Shown here: positions 48,226 through 59,086 of the stretch, piece after piece
Numbering within the stretch: the stretch's first letter is position 1
Layout: the number at the start of each line of letters is the position of its first letter
NCBI GenBank assembly: GCA_016432425.1
Contig: CP066688.1
Location: forward strand, 84,368-148,367
Direction of reading: 5' to 3'
Length of the DNA stretch: 64,000 bases
DNA from: Candidatus Daviesbacteria bacterium
GTDB lineage: Bacteria; Patescibacteriota; Microgenomatia; Daviesbacterales; UBA10151
Translations under genes and position numbers: made by a program
Notes under the pieces: generated by a model
What the model was told of the DNA's origin: nothing
Database searches by the model: none
The model's input: the letters and a program-made list of their open reading frames with translations, nothing else

Positions 48226-49493
48226 TTTTTTGAAAAATAGAGATAAAAGAAGTATACAATTAAGCACAAATCCAGTAAAGCGGCAGTTAGTATGGAAAGT
48301 TGGATTACTGTTAATAAGTCAGGATGGATAAACCAGATTAAAGCTATTTGCGCTATGGCAGCGATTAAAAATAATAGTATTATTTTTGTTTTTCCAATGG
48401 ACAGATAAAACTGGGTTATTAGCATTGCGACAGCCAAAAATGCCATAAAAAGAGCAAACCACCACAAAATAGGAGAACCCACCAAATAAGCTGTTCCATA
48501 GAGCAAACCGATAGCTAGCTGAGGAAAAAATAGGTAAAACAATAAGACAATAAGGGAAAAGCCTGTTACCAGGAGTAAACTTAAGTAAAAGATCTTAATA
48601 TAGCCTTCTCCCAAGTGATGTTTTCTGGCGATCACCGGAAACATCACATGAGTTATCGGAGAAGCTCCAAAAAAAACTACTCTGCCCAAAACCGCCAAAG
48701 AAGCATAAATTCCCGCCTCCTCAGGAGGGAAAAAATGTTTGACTAATAAAAGATCCATTGAATACATGGAGGTTAAAGCTAAGCCCTGAATAAAAACAAA
48801 AAATGAGTATTTAAGCAGCGGCAAGATGTTGGGTTTTTTGTCAATACCACCCCTTAGATAGTCTGCAACTGAATATCTGACGATTAAAAAAGCTGCCACC
48901 ACACTAAGCACTAGTGCAGCTACAGTTCCCAGCAGAGCATAACCTAGGAGTATAAAAATAATCGCTAGAATAATTTTAACTGCCGACTCAGCTATTAAAC
49001 TAGTTACATAACTATTGAATCGCAGTAGCCCCTGCAGAATTGATCTGCCAGTAGTAGCAATGATAAAGAAAAAAAGTAATGGTGGCAGCAAATACACTGA
49101 TAATGGTTGTTGCAAATTAAGAAAAGTGGCCAGCGAGTGAGAAAAAAGTAAGGTTAACAAAGAGACTGCAAGTGCTATTTTGACACTCCATCCATAAACC
49201 CATTTAATAAAATCAGCCAAGATTTTTTTCTCTTTATGGGAAGATAGGTATTTAACAATGGTCAGACCGAAAGCTAGTTGAATAATTCCTACAATACCCA
49301 AAATAGAAATTAAAGCAGCTAAATCACTATAAAAAACTTTTCCTAAAAACCTGCCTGATAGAAAATGATAGACGAACTGCCCTAAATTATATAAATTACT
49401 GCCGACTACCATTACCAGGCTGCTGGAAAAAAATGGATTTTTAATTACCAATCTAATTAAATTAATAACTTTAAATTTCATCATGCCACCCAA
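48222..49493 (-). CDS. Wzx-like oligosaccharide flippase (MOP superfamily polysaccharide biosynthesis protein)
   Basis: 423 aa with 12 predicted TM helices. Typical Wzx layout with N-terminal LG..V...L.GRFLG. Confidence 0.65.
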   Translation of the reverse strand: MGGMMKFKVINLIRLVIKNPFFSSSLVMVVGSNLYNLGQFVYHFLSGRFLGKVFYSDLAALISILGIVGIIQLAFGLTIVKYLSSHKEKKILADFIKWVYGWSVKIALAVSLLTLLFSHSLATFLNLQQPLSVYLLPPLLFFFIIATTGRSILQGLLRFNSYVTSLIAESAVKIILAIIFILLGYALLGTVAALVLSVVAAFLIVRYSVADYLRGGIDKKPNILPLLKYSFFVFIQGLALTSMYSMDLLLVKHFFPPEEAGIYASLAVLGRVVFFGASPITHVMFPVIARKHHLGEGYIKIFYLSLLLVTGFSLIVLLFYLFFPQLAIGLLYGTAYLVGSPILWWFALFMAFLAVAMLITQFYLSIGKTKIILLFLIAAIAQIALIWFIHPDLLTVIQLSILTAALLDLCLIVYFFYLYFSKK

Positions 49494-50620
49494 TATCCCC
49501 TCAAAAATAAGGCTGTTTCAAAGACCAGCCAAAATAAGCTGGCAGTCAACCAGACAATTTTAAGTTTTGGGAAACTTGTCAAAAAAATGGCCAGTATCAA
49601 AAAAGCAGGGAAAAATACCATCACATAACGCGGTACGGAGGATAAGCTTCCCTGTAGGGTAGGTAATAAAAATCCTGCTGCAGCATAGAAGAGATACGAC
49701 CATCTGACTTTTTTAAAAAACCCCAAAATCGGCAGGATAAAAAATAATATCCCGGTAAAAAACTCTAAAATCATGGTTGAATAAATTGGATTAGTAGGAT
49801 CAACGCTAAAAAGTATCTTGAGATAACGAAAGTAAACTTGAGGCAATGGTGTCACTCCTGACTGATGTTGCTCTCCCACTATTTTTTGTAGTTTGTAAAA
49901 AGCTAATGGGTCCCCCACACTGATGTATTGATAATACATATAAGCCAACAGTCCTAAAGGAATAAAAATAATCCACCAGAAATTCTTAAATTTTTCCCGC
50001 TCTTGCCAGGCTTCCAGAAAAAAAGCCGGCAACAACAAAAAACCAAAAACTCTGGTAGCTGAGGCTAAAATTGCGAAAATAGTAGCCCAAACCCAATGTT
50101 TACCTCTGGCAAAATAAAAAGCTGCCAGTGAAACTAATAAGAAGATCGATTCAGAATAAACTGCTCCAAAATAAAAAGAGGTGGGGAAAACTAATAACAA
50201 AAAAATAGTTAAATAAACTATTTTTTTACGGTAATCAATTAATAACAGTTTCCATAATAAAAAAAGTGATAATAAAAACGATAAGTTGGAAATTAATAAT
50301 CCACTGATAGTTAAATTAGTTAAGTTGATACCTACCCCCACAGATAAAATATGCATCAATAACGGATAAATCGGAAAAAAAGCCTGTTCTAATCCTTTAT
50401 AACCGATATTAGCAATTGAAAGATAATGCTCCCCGTCAAAATTAGCCCAGGCAAAAAGCCAAGGAGTATTTAAATAATTCTGCAGTCCTCCACCCAGAAA
50501 ATTTCTTCCCGCCAGCGGCAACTGTAAAGATACAAAAAATACCAGCAGGAGTAGCAGTCTCCAGCTTAAAAAAATCAAAAAAATAACCTTAAAATTACTT
50601 ATCGGCCAAAACTTTTTCAT
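49481..50620 (-). CDS. GT-C membrane mannosyltransferase-like protein, PIG-V/GT76-like
   Basis: ANFDGEHYLSIANIGYKGLEQAFFPIYPLLM resembles the PIG-V family W..WDS.HYL.IA..GY...AFFPLYP motif. About 10 TM helices. Confidence 0.5.
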   Translation of the reverse strand: MKKFWPISNFKVIFLIFLSWRLLLLLVFFVSLQLPLAGRNFLGGGLQNYLNTPWLFAWANFDGEHYLSIANIGYKGLEQAFFPIYPLLMHILSVGVGINLTNLTISGLLISNLSFLLSLFLLWKLLLIDYRKKIVYLTIFLLLVFPTSFYFGAVYSESIFLLVSLAAFYFARGKHWVWATIFAILASATRVFGFLLLPAFFLEAWQEREKFKNFWWIIFIPLGLLAYMYYQYISVGDPLAFYKLQKIVGEQHQSGVTPLPQVYFRYLKILFSVDPTNPIYSTMILEFFTGILFFILPILGFFKKVRWSYLFYAAAGFLLPTLQGSLSSVPRYVMVFFPAFLILAIFLTSFPKLKIVWLTASLFWLVFETALFLRGYWVA

Positions 50621-51662
50621 ATACTTTAATTGTTTCCTGAGCTGTTTTTTCCCAAGAAAATTTTTTAGCCCGCTCTAATCCTAACTGAGACATTTTTTGT
50701 AAGATTGTTTTATCATTTAATACTGCTGTTAAAATATTAACTAACTTGTCCTGATCCCGAGGATCAAAAACTATTCCTGCCTCACCCACCACTTCCGGTA
50801 GGGCTCCGGCATTAGAGGAAATCACCGGGCAGCCACAGGCAAATGCCTGCAGTACGGGAAAACCAAAACCTTCATACAGTGAGGGCTGGATATACAAAGT
50901 AGCTAAATTGTAAAATCCCACCAACTCATCATCACTAATCCACCCTGGCCTAAATACTTTATCTTCCAAACCAAAATCTTTAATTTTTTGGCTGGTTTCC
51001 TTGAGGCTCCTAAGCTCCGGATGGTCAATGTTTTCTACTTTTTTTAAAAAAACTTCCCCAACTAAACTCAATTTTAAATCCGGAAATTTTTCAGTTATTT
51101 TTTTGAAACTGTCAATTAAAAAAGGTAAATTTTTAGAATAATTAGCATCCCCTACAAATAGTAAAAATTTATCCTGTAAATTAAATTTATTTTTAATTTT
51201 TAATTTCTGGGACTCAGATAAAATTTTAAAATCGCGAGAGTAAGCTAAGTAAGTTACTGTAATTTTATTGGGCGGGACAGCTAAATATTTGGTGACATTT
51301 TTTTTCGAATCCTGCGAGTTAACAATAATGGCCTTGCACTCCTGCAAAGACAATTTTTGTAACCATAAATTAATTTTTCCTCGGAGACCTGCCGGAAATC
51401 CTTCTTTAAAAATCAGAGGGATGGTATCATGAATTGTCACCACAGTGGGTTTCTTTTTAAAAAAGGGTAGGGTTCTAAAATAAAAATCAAACCAGGGGTA
51501 ATGGACCAGATCGACATTTGGCGGAGGGTTAATGGTTTCAAATTCCACTACTTTAAGATCTGGATTTTGTTTAAATTGGGCTAACAAATTACTGGTATAA
51601 ACTCCAATTCCTCTATTTTTGTGTCCAGTTTTTAAAGGTAGCGTACAAAAACCTACTGTCAT
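50595..51662 (-). CDS. GT4 family (GT-B) glycosyltransferase
   Basis: [37 protein letters not shown]. Confidence 0.8.
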   Translation of the reverse strand: MTVGFCTLPLKTGHKNRGIGVYTSNLLAQFKQNPDLKVVEFETINPPPNVDLVHYPWFDFYFRTLPFFKKKPTVVTIHDTIPLIFKEGFPAGLRGKINLWLQKLSLQECKAIIVNSQDSKKNVTKYLAVPPNKITVTYLAYSRDFKILSESQKLKIKNKFNLQDKFLLFVGDANYSKNLPFLIDSFKKITEKFPDLKLSLVGEVFLKKVENIDHPELRSLKETSQKIKDFGLEDKVFRPGWISDDELVGFYNLATLYIQPSLYEGFGFPVLQAFACGCPVISSNAGALPEVVGEAGIVFDPRDQDKLVNILTAVLNDKTILQKMSQLGLERAKKFSWEKTAQETIKVYEKVLADK

Positions 51663-52528
51663 AATCTTTTTCCTGTTAAATATCGAAAATATGCCCTGGG
51701 AAAACGTAAGGCAGAAAAAAAAGAAAAGATTAGCCCTTGGAAACCGTCCAATATTCCTTTATGACGAAACAAAGTCAGTAAAAACCACCAGCTAGATTTA
51801 ATAAAATAAAAATTGATCAGCTGCCAGATATTTTTCCCCACCTTAGTTTTTTCAAGATCATCAGCAATTAAATTAATATAGCGGCTATTTCTTTTTAAAT
51901 ACCTTTCAAAAGTTGGGTCAGCCATATGATAAAGATCATTTTGCAGCCAGCCTACTTTACCATCAACCGTAATCTGCTCGTGAACATCAAGACAGGGGAA
52001 ATAAGCTTTATTTTTACGGACTAACCTAATCACTCCATCCGGATAAACTCCGCCATAGCGTAAATATTTCCCCAAGAAATAATTTAGACGGGGTATAAAA
52101 AAAGCAGCATATTCCTTTGAACTATCGCCAATGCGGCCATCCCGCTCTTCCAGTAATTTTTGATGCCTCAAAAAGAGTCTCCTATTTTTTAAATCTCGCT
52201 GGTAAATTTCCACCTCTTCATTTGTCATCTCAATTACCTTTCTTATTTCCTGTGCCAAAGCTTTAGAAACTCGCTCATCCGCATCAAGCTGTAAAATCCA
52301 TTCATTTTGAGCCAAATCCAGCGCCTTTTGTTTGTTGATATGAAAAATCGGCGGGTTGTCTTTGATTAAAACTTTGGCTCCAAAGGAGCGGGCAATCTCA
52401 ACTGTTTTGTCAGCAGAGCTTCCGTCTACAATCACAATCTCATCGGTAATTTCTTTAATAGAATTCAGACAAGCCGGCAGATTTTTTTCTTCGTTAAAAG
52501 TGGCCAGGACTACTGATAATTTTTTCAA
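51659..52528 (-). CDS. GT2 family glycosyltransferase
   Basis: LSVVLATFNEEKNL...IVDGSSADKT...QLDADE. Confidence 0.75.
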   Translation of the reverse strand: MKKLSVVLATFNEEKNLPACLNSIKEITDEIVIVDGSSADKTVEIARSFGAKVLIKDNPPIFHINKQKALDLAQNEWILQLDADERVSKALAQEIRKVIEMTNEEVEIYQRDLKNRRLFLRHQKLLEERDGRIGDSSKEYAAFFIPRLNYFLGKYLRYGGVYPDGVIRLVRKNKAYFPCLDVHEQITVDGKVGWLQNDLYHMADPTFERYLKRNSRYINLIADDLEKTKVGKNIWQLINFYFIKSSWWFLLTLFRHKGILDGFQGLIFSFFSALRFPRAYFRYLTGKRL

Positions 52529-54192
52529 AACTGCCCTCCTTCAATCATGACAAAAGCCGGCTCTCCGCTAGGAAAGTCTACCTGATCTAAGATTTTAACA
52601 TTTTTTGGGGATGCCTCACCTGACATGATAAATAAAGTTCCGGGTGAATTTAGCTCTGGCAGAGTTGCTTCATGAAATTCGTATTTGTCAAAAGACCTCA
52701 CCGTCCCAAAATTAAATTGATCCCGGGGAGAAAGTGCTGCTTGGGGCTGATACTTTCTGGGATCGTATTGTTTGTAAAATAACACCAAAATATAGGGCTG
52801 GTCGAAGCGGTCGGTAATTACTACTTTTTCGTATTTACTTTCATATTGATTTAATTTTTGAACCATTTCGGAAAATCCATATTCCCAAGCCAAAGGGTAT
52901 CTTTGAGGATAAATTATGTAATAAGACTGCATAAAACGAACAAATTCAAAAACCAATACAGTCGTAATTAACCCCACCCCTAAAATCCGCCAGTGACTTT
53001 TTAACCAATTAATAGTTTCCCCCATCCCCAACCCCATTATTAAGGTTAAAGGAACGACCAAATTAAGTGCCCGCAGGGCATGAGGAGTCTGGTAAGTCAT
53101 TGCTGAGGCCAGGGGAGCAACCAAAATCCAAATCAGCAGAATTTTTTTATGAGCGAATTGCTTTTTAATTACAGCTATTCCTCCCATTGTTAAAAACAAA
53201 AATTCAATTAAATAAAACTGGCCAACTTCGGGTACTTTATTGCGAATTAGCGGATCACCATTAATAAATAAAAAGCTACCGCTAAAATGGTCCAGGTAAT
53301 GGCCTAAAAATGCCGGAATAAAGGCAGTTAATTTATTGTGCAAAGAAACGCTTAATTTTGACTTAGGGTTCTCATGCTCTCCCCTGAGCTGCTGAATACG
53401 GGAAATAAGTCCTTGGTCAGAGAAAAAAGTGAGCCCGGTGAATCTGGCGCTACCGGTGCCGGAAAGAAATTGCCCGGTTAAAGGCAGCGTCAAAATTAGT
53501 AACAAAACTACTATAATAACCAGCTTAAATTTATATTTTAGTGAAGGGAACCTTCTTTCCTTTAAAAATAAAGATCGCACTGCTTTAATTAGCGGCTGAT
53601 AGTAAAAAATTAATAACATTAACCCCAATACCGGCACTATTAATCTGGGACTTTGGTAGGTATACATCGAAGCCAAAAACGAAATGAGACTAAATAAAAG
53701 TAAGCCATAATTTTTTAAACCTTTGATAAATAGTAATATACCCAAAGTGATAAAAAAGGTAGCTACATTAGTTTCCCAACCTCCCCGGGAAAATTGCAGG
53801 TGCCAGGGGGAAATCGCCAAAAGGAAGGCACTCCAGAGACCAAAAATTTTGTGTTGAAAAATTTCTCTGCCCAGAAGAAAAGTTAGATAAACAGTTAAAA
53901 TCCCCAAAAGGGCTGAAGGGAGCCTGACTGCCCATTCATTTAAACCAAAAAGGGCGACAAATGGCATGACCATATAAAAATACAGGCCTGGTTTCCAGTC
54001 TCCGAAGGATTTAAAAGTCAAAGGAAGAAAACTGCCATATTCATCCTTGCCGGTTTGCAAAAGTGAATAAGCATTGTAACCAATTGAAGCCTCGTCAGCA
54101 TTTAAACCGGCCGGAAAATTATTTAAAGCAACCAGCCGCAAAACTGCTGCCAAGACAATAATTAAAATTAGTATTATTTTTGGTTTAACCAT
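52525..54192 (-). CDS. GT-C glycosyltransferase, GT39/PMT_2 (ArnT-like) family, tandem paralog 1 of 5
   Basis: LNADEASIGYNAYSLLQTGKDEYGSFLP...PFVALFGLNEWAVRLPSA...ISPWHLQFSR. Confidence 0.75.
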   Translation of the reverse strand: MVKPKIILILIIVLAAVLRLVALNNFPAGLNADEASIGYNAYSLLQTGKDEYGSFLPLTFKSFGDWKPGLYFYMVMPFVALFGLNEWAVRLPSALLGILTVYLTFLLGREIFQHKIFGLWSAFLLAISPWHLQFSRGGWETNVATFFITLGILLFIKGLKNYGLLLFSLISFLASMYTYQSPRLIVPVLGLMLLIFYYQPLIKAVRSLFLKERRFPSLKYKFKLVIIVVLLLILTLPLTGQFLSGTGSARFTGLTFFSDQGLISRIQQLRGEHENPKSKLSVSLHNKLTAFIPAFLGHYLDHFSGSFLFINGDPLIRNKVPEVGQFYLIEFLFLTMGGIAVIKKQFAHKKILLIWILVAPLASAMTYQTPHALRALNLVVPLTLIMGLGMGETINWLKSHWRILGVGLITTVLVFEFVRFMQSYYIIYPQRYPLAWEYGFSEMVQKLNQYESKYEKVVITDRFDQPYILVLFYKQYDPRKYQPQAALSPRDQFNFGTVRSFDKYEFHEATLPELNSPGTLFIMSGEASPKNVKILDQVDFPSGEPAFVMIEGGQF

Positions 54193-55825
54193 CTCCTCTT
54201 TCCACTAATTTAAAGACTTCTTCTCCATTTAGAAATTTAACTCTATTTAAAATATTAAATTCTTTAAACGGCACAATATCTTTATCCGGCAGCTCATCCG
54301 GACTGCCCACAAATAAAGTATTTTTTAGATTTCGATCGGCCGGCCAATAAAGATGACGGAATTCTATCTTGCCGATTTTTTTGACCGTCCCAACATCACT
54401 ACCAAATTGATCCAAATTGTATTGGCCTTGGAAATTTAATCTGTCAGGATTGTAGAATAAATAATAAATATAAGGTTGCCCGTAAACGTCAGTGACTATA
54501 ATTTTTGGATAATTATTTTGAATTTTGTAGACTTGTTCAAATGTTTGCTTGTATCCATACAACCAATAGTTAGAATATTCAACAGGAGCATGCACAAAAT
54601 AACGGTCTAAATAAATAATAAAATTGGAAAGCATGACAACTATGACAACTCCATAAACTAAAGACCGCCAACTTACCCTTAACCTATTGATTAGAGTTAA
54701 TAAATAATACAGCCCGGCCGCTTCCAATATAACATAAGGGACTACCATGTTCAGGGCCCGTAAAATGCTAATCAAATCCCGCGATAATACAGCTGGCAGA
54801 GGTGCTATTAAAAGCCAACCAAATATTAAACCCACTCCCTTTTGATTTTTAAGCAAATGGAATATTCCCAGCGGAATCAATAAGGCACTATAATAGTAAA
54901 AAAATCCCAAGTCCGGAATCCGATGTCTTTCTTCTAAAGTTCCTTTGACAAATAAGGTGGATGGGGAAAAGTAAATGGAATATCGCTCCACAAGTCCCCG
55001 GGCATAACTCCACCACTCTCCATATAGAATTTGAAACTGGGCACTGTTAGCAGGTAACTTACTCTCTAAAGAGAGTTTTTGAATTTCATTCTGAGAACGC
55101 TGATAAGCAAAAAAATTAAAAGTTTTAAGTCTTGTTGCCTGGCCGCTAAAAAGAGTTACCATTAGTAGCAATAAAAAGACTGTTATTACCACAGCTGCCG
55201 GCATTAAACTACGCCAGCGAATTTGACGATAACTGGTTATTACCAAAAGTAGGATAAACAGTGGGACAAACAAACGGGATGCTTGATAAGTAAATAAGGA
55301 TAAACCAAAAATTAAGGCAGAAAAGATGAGCAGTTTTCTGCTCTTTAATCCCTTTAAAAACAAATATGCCCCCAATACATTCATGGTTAAAGCTGCATTT
55401 GCCTCAAAGGCAGCCCGGGAAAATTGCAGGTGCCAGGGGGAAATCGCCAAAGTAAAACTGGCTAACAAACCCAGAGTTTTGTTTTGCAAGAGTTCTTTAA
55501 CCAAAGAAAAAATCAACCAGACTAAGGCTACCCCCAAGATGGCTGAAGGGAGCCTGACTGCCCATTCATTTAAACCAAAGAGGGCGACAAAGGGAACTGT
55601 CAAATAAATATAAGCTGCCGGTTTCCAGTCACCAAAAGATTTTAAGTTGTCAGGTAAGAAATTACCATATTCATCACGGCCAGTTTGGGAAATATCATAA
55701 GCATTAACTCCAATTGAGGCCTCATCCCAAGTCAGCCCCGGAGGATTGGAATTAAGTTGCCAAAATCGCAGTACTACACTGAGTAAAATAATTAGCACTA
55801 AAGAGTATTTTTTAACTAGTTCCAC
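54185..55825 (-). CDS. GT-C glycosyltransferase, GT39/PMT_2 family, tandem paralog 2 of 5
   Basis: LTWDEASIGVNAYDISQTGRDEYGNFLP...PFVALFGLNEWAVRLPSAILGVALVWLIFSLVK. Confidence 0.75.
   Translation of the reverse strand: MELVKKYSLVLIILLSVVLRFWQLNSNPPGLTWDEASIGVNAYDISQTGRDEYGNFLPDNLKSFGDWKPAAYIYLTVPFVALFGLNEWAVRLPSAILGVALVWLIFSLVKELLQNKTLGLLASFTLAISPWHLQFSRAAFEANAALTMNVLGAYLFLKGLKSRKLLIFSALIFGLSLFTYQASRLFVPLFILLLVITSYRQIRWRSLMPAAVVITVFLLLLMVTLFSGQATRLKTFNFFAYQRSQNEIQKLSLESKLPANSAQFQILYGEWWSYARGLVERYSIYFSPSTLFVKGTLEERHRIPDLGFFYYYSALLIPLGIFHLLKNQKGVGLIFGWLLIAPLPAVLSRDLISILRALNMVVPYVILEAAGLYYLLTLINRLRVSWRSLVYGVVIVVMLSNFIIYLDRYFVHAPVEYSNYWLYGYKQTFEQVYKIQNNYPKIIVTDVYGQPYIYYLFYNPDRLNFQGQYNLDQFGSDVGTVKKIGKIEFRHLYWPADRNLKNTLFVGSPDELPDKDIVPFKEFNILNRVKFLNGEEVFKLVERGDG
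55496..55615. repeat. 120-nt tract identical to 57126..57245, inside adjacent tandem PMT_2 paralogs (gene-conversion tract)
   Basis: Read directly from the sequence: tttaaccaaagaaaaaatcaaccagactaaggctacccccaagatggctgaagggagcctgactgcccattcatttaaaccaaagagggcgacaaagggaactgtcaaataaatataagc occurs twice. A 38-nt identical tract also links paralogs 1 and 2, at 53784..53821 and 55413..55450. Confidence 0.85.
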
Positions 55826-55841
55826 TATCTAATTGTACAAA

Positions 55842-57449
55842 TTACAGCTCGACGATATCAAATGCCGGATCTCCATTTAAAAATTTAATTTGTTGCAAGA
55901 GTTTTCCTTGATCAAAATTAGTCGGGCTGGTAATTAATAAACACCGCTCAGTTTCTTTACAGTTAGCTTTTTGTTTAACTTCCCAATCGTTAAGGAAGTA
56001 ATATTTGCTGAAACGGTCCACCCAATACCAATCACTACGGAAGTATCTAATTAAATTTGGATCGCTCAAATATTTTGCAGGATCGTATGGCAGATAAAAT
56101 AACAAAAACTCGTGCGGCTCACCGTAAGCTTTAGTCAGGTAAATTTTATGATAATTACTACCTTCTTTTTTAATAAACTCGACTGCTTCTTTATACCCAT
56201 ACTGCCAGGCCCAAGAATAGTTTTTTCTATAACTACCGCTGTAATTTTGCCAAAAGAGGACCAAACTAATTAACAAACCAGCAATTATAATTAAGTTTAA
56301 CCCAATTTTAAATCGGGAAGCCTGGTTGGCTAATCCGGCAACGGCATAAGCACTAATAAATGCTAAAGGTACAGTGGCGGTGAGGCTCCGCAAAGCATGG
56401 GGGGCATCCCGGGTCACCGCTGCCGGAATAAAAGAAAAAAAGAGCCACATTAAAGTAATCCACTGCCATTTTTTTCTTTCTTTTAAAAACAAAAAAACAC
56501 CATAGATTAAAAAAGGTAAGAGCAATGGATAAACCAACCCTATTCCCGGAATACTGAATTGAAAATTAGAGCCACCGTTTAAAAAAAGAAAATTAGGGTG
56601 AAAATGACTAAAATAATTTTGTATTACCTGGGGGATAAAATAAGTTACTTTGTTGTAGACCAAAGTTACGGCAGGAGGGGGCAAAGCAGAACTTCCCCGC
56701 AATTCATTAATCTGATTAATTGCACCTTGGTCTAAAATCGTGGTCCATTTATATCGGGCAGAGGAATCTTGCAACAAAGCCTTAGGCAAAGCCAGTGCAA
56801 AAAAAGTCAAAAAAATAACTAATGACATAACAGTAATTTTTTTATATTTTGCCAGTTGCGGATAATGAATTAACCCTAAACTTAAAACTAGCAGTGGAAT
56901 AATGATCCGGCTGCTATTGTAAGAAAAAATGGTTAAACCAAAAGTAATGGCACTAAACACTAAAAAGTATTTACTCTTTACACCTCTCACAAAAAAATAT
57001 ACCCCTAAAGTAGTTAAAAAAAGTGATAGCTGAGCCTCCAGAGCAATTCGGGATAAAATAATTGGCCAGGGCAGGACAGCAGCTACAAAAGCGGCCCAAA
57101 GAGCGGTTTTTTCTTCGCTCCATTGTTTAACCAAAGAAAAAATCAACCAGACTAAGGCTACCCCCAAGATGGCTGAAGGGAGCCTGACTGCCCATTCATT
57201 TAAACCAAAGAGGGCGACAAAGGGAACTGTCAAATAAATATAAGCCGGCAGTTTATAATCGCCATAAATTCTAAAAGTTAAAGGCATAAACTCTCCCCAT
57301 TCATCCCGTCCGGTTCTTAAAATTGAAGCAGCATTATATCCAATAGAAACTTCATCCCAATTTAATGAAGGCGGCAGCTGTGGTAGCTGCCAAAACCGCA
57401 ACACGGCAGCCAAAATTACAATCATGATTAACAATAATTTTGCTCTCAT
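55842..57449 (-). CDS. GT-C glycosyltransferase, GT39/PMT_2 family, tandem paralog 3 of 5
   Basis: LNWDEVSIGYNAASILRTGRDEWGEFMP...PFVALFGLNEWAVRLPSAILGVALVWLIFSLVK. Confidence 0.75.
   Translation of the reverse strand: MRAKLLLIMIVILAAVLRFWQLPQLPPSLNWDEVSIGYNAASILRTGRDEWGEFMPLTFRIYGDYKLPAYIYLTVPFVALFGLNEWAVRLPSAILGVALVWLIFSLVKQWSEEKTALWAAFVAAVLPWPIILSRIALEAQLSLFLTTLGVYFFVRGVKSKYFLVFSAITFGLTIFSYNSSRIIIPLLVLSLGLIHYPQLAKYKKITVMSLVIFLTFFALALPKALLQDSSARYKWTTILDQGAINQINELRGSSALPPPAVTLVYNKVTYFIPQVIQNYFSHFHPNFLFLNGGSNFQFSIPGIGLVYPLLLPFLIYGVFLFLKERKKWQWITLMWLFFSFIPAAVTRDAPHALRSLTATVPLAFISAYAVAGLANQASRFKIGLNLIIIAGLLISLVLFWQNYSGSYRKNYSWAWQYGYKEAVEFIKKEGSNYHKIYLTKAYGEPHEFLLFYLPYDPAKYLSDPNLIRYFRSDWYWVDRFSKYYFLNDWEVKQKANCKETERCLLITSPTNFDQGKLLQQIKFLNGDPAFDIVEL
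57126..57245. repeat. Second copy of the 120-nt identical tract (partner of 55496..55615)
   Basis: Read directly from the sequence. Confidence 0.85.
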
Positions 57450-59086
57450 TGATTAGTGGGTACTAAACGATACAATATCTTGCCGGAAGGTGAATAAACA
57501 TCCAAAATTGACTGAACCTGAGAGGGAAAATCTTCCGGCTCTGAAACTATCAAGGCATCTTTCCTGAGACTGTCTTTTTTGCGCCAATCTATTCCCTCAA
57601 AATAAAAATTGCCCAAATTCCAACTCTCCAGCTGATCTACATATAATTTATTGGATTTTTCATATCTTAACCAATTCGGGGAAGATTTTTGAAAAACTTT
57701 GGGGTCCATTTTCTCGTAAAAAGCGACAAATATTTGCGGTTCAGTAAAATGTTTAGAGATAACAATCTGGCTGTAGCGATCCTTCACAGATAAAATTTTT
57801 TCAAAGACTGTATCATAACCAAAACGCACATTATCAATTGGTCGTTGAGGTAATTTAATAAAGTAAAAGTGTAAGAAAAAAATAAACTGGGTAAACAGTA
57901 TCACTGTGACAATTCTTCCCCATGGTAAATTGGCAAATTTAGTCTTTAGGTAATCAATTAGACTAGCTGCACCAATCGCCGATATTATAACGGTTAGAGG
58001 GAGAAATGTCGGCACCCGATTAGCATTCAGACTTCCGGTAGCCAAAGCTGCACCTACTGGAGAGACTAAAAACCACCAAATTATTATTTCTTTATTAGCT
58101 AGTTTTTTAAAGAAAATTTCCTTAATAGCAAATATCCAAAAAATAAGCTCTACTGTATAAAGCAGCGCAAACCTGGGAAAATTTAAATAGGTGTTATCCG
58201 GCCTTCCTCCGGTAAAAAAGAAAGTAGGAGAAAAATAAGACAGGTAATTTTCTGTTAAATTATTTTTGATAAATAAAAATTTATTGTCAAAAATTTTATC
58301 TAATAAAGGAGGCAGTGGAGAAGTACCTTTGGATTTAAAATAACTCATGATTTGTTCACTGCTAAAAATTCCTACATCGGAAGCTCTGGTGGAAATGTTT
58401 CCCCAATTAATAAGGAGGGGGGATAAGAAAATAAAAAGACCCAAACTTAAATAAATAATTCGCTTTTTAGATTCTGCCCGCAGAAAAAATGCACCTAATA
58501 TAAACAATACCAGCAAGACTCGAAAAGAGTGGTAGGTATAAAAAGTTAACCCCCAAAATATAATGGTGGGAAGAAAAAATTTGTTTTCTTTTTTTAATTT
58601 TAGAAAAAATAATAACCCCAAACTGAAAGTTAAAATTCCTAATCCACCTTCCCAGGCAGTACGGGAAATTTGTATAGACCAGGGGGAAATAGCCAGCAAA
58701 AATGCTGCCCACAAAGCAATATTTTCTTTTTGGAAAAGTTCCTTAGTTAAAAAATATGCTACCAAAACAGTGAGTATGCCTACCAGGGCAGCAGGTAACC
58801 TGACCGAGACCATGTTCAAATCAAAAATGAGTAGCGAGGGAACTGTTAAATAAGTATAAAGAGGCGGCTTAAAATCTCCAAACCCCCGAGGATTAATCGG
58901 TAAAGTTTCTCCCCATTCATCCTTGCCGGTTTGCAAAAGCGAATAAGCGCTGTAACCTTGTTGAGCTTCATCACCGGTAAAACCATTGGGGAATTTATCC
59001 AAACTAATTAGTCTGACAGCTGCAGCTAAAATAATTATTAACAATAAGATAATTTTACTCGTAGAGAAGATTTGCTTAATTTTCAT
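57446..59086 (-). CDS. GT-C glycosyltransferase, GT39/PMT_2 family, tandem paralog 4 of 5
   Basis: FTGDEAQQGYSAYSLLQTGKDEWGETLP...ISPWSIQISR. Confidence 0.75.
   Translation of the reverse strand: MKIKQIFSTSKIILLLIIILAAAVRLISLDKFPNGFTGDEAQQGYSAYSLLQTGKDEWGETLPINPRGFGDFKPPLYTYLTVPSLLIFDLNMVSVRLPAALVGILTVLVAYFLTKELFQKENIALWAAFLLAISPWSIQISRTAWEGGLGILTFSLGLLFFLKLKKENKFFLPTIIFWGLTFYTYHSFRVLLVLFILGAFFLRAESKKRIIYLSLGLFIFLSPLLINWGNISTRASDVGIFSSEQIMSYFKSKGTSPLPPLLDKIFDNKFLFIKNNLTENYLSYFSPTFFFTGGRPDNTYLNFPRFALLYTVELIFWIFAIKEIFFKKLANKEIIIWWFLVSPVGAALATGSLNANRVPTFLPLTVIISAIGAASLIDYLKTKFANLPWGRIVTVILFTQFIFFLHFYFIKLPQRPIDNVRFGYDTVFEKILSVKDRYSQIVISKHFTEPQIFVAFYEKMDPKVFQKSSPNWLRYEKSNKLYVDQLESWNLGNFYFEGIDWRKKDSLRKDALIVSEPEDFPSQVQSILDVYSPSGKILYRLVPTNQ

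Noticed and set aside
52356-52550. 64-aa plus ORF
   Set aside because: Antisense to a GT2 gene.
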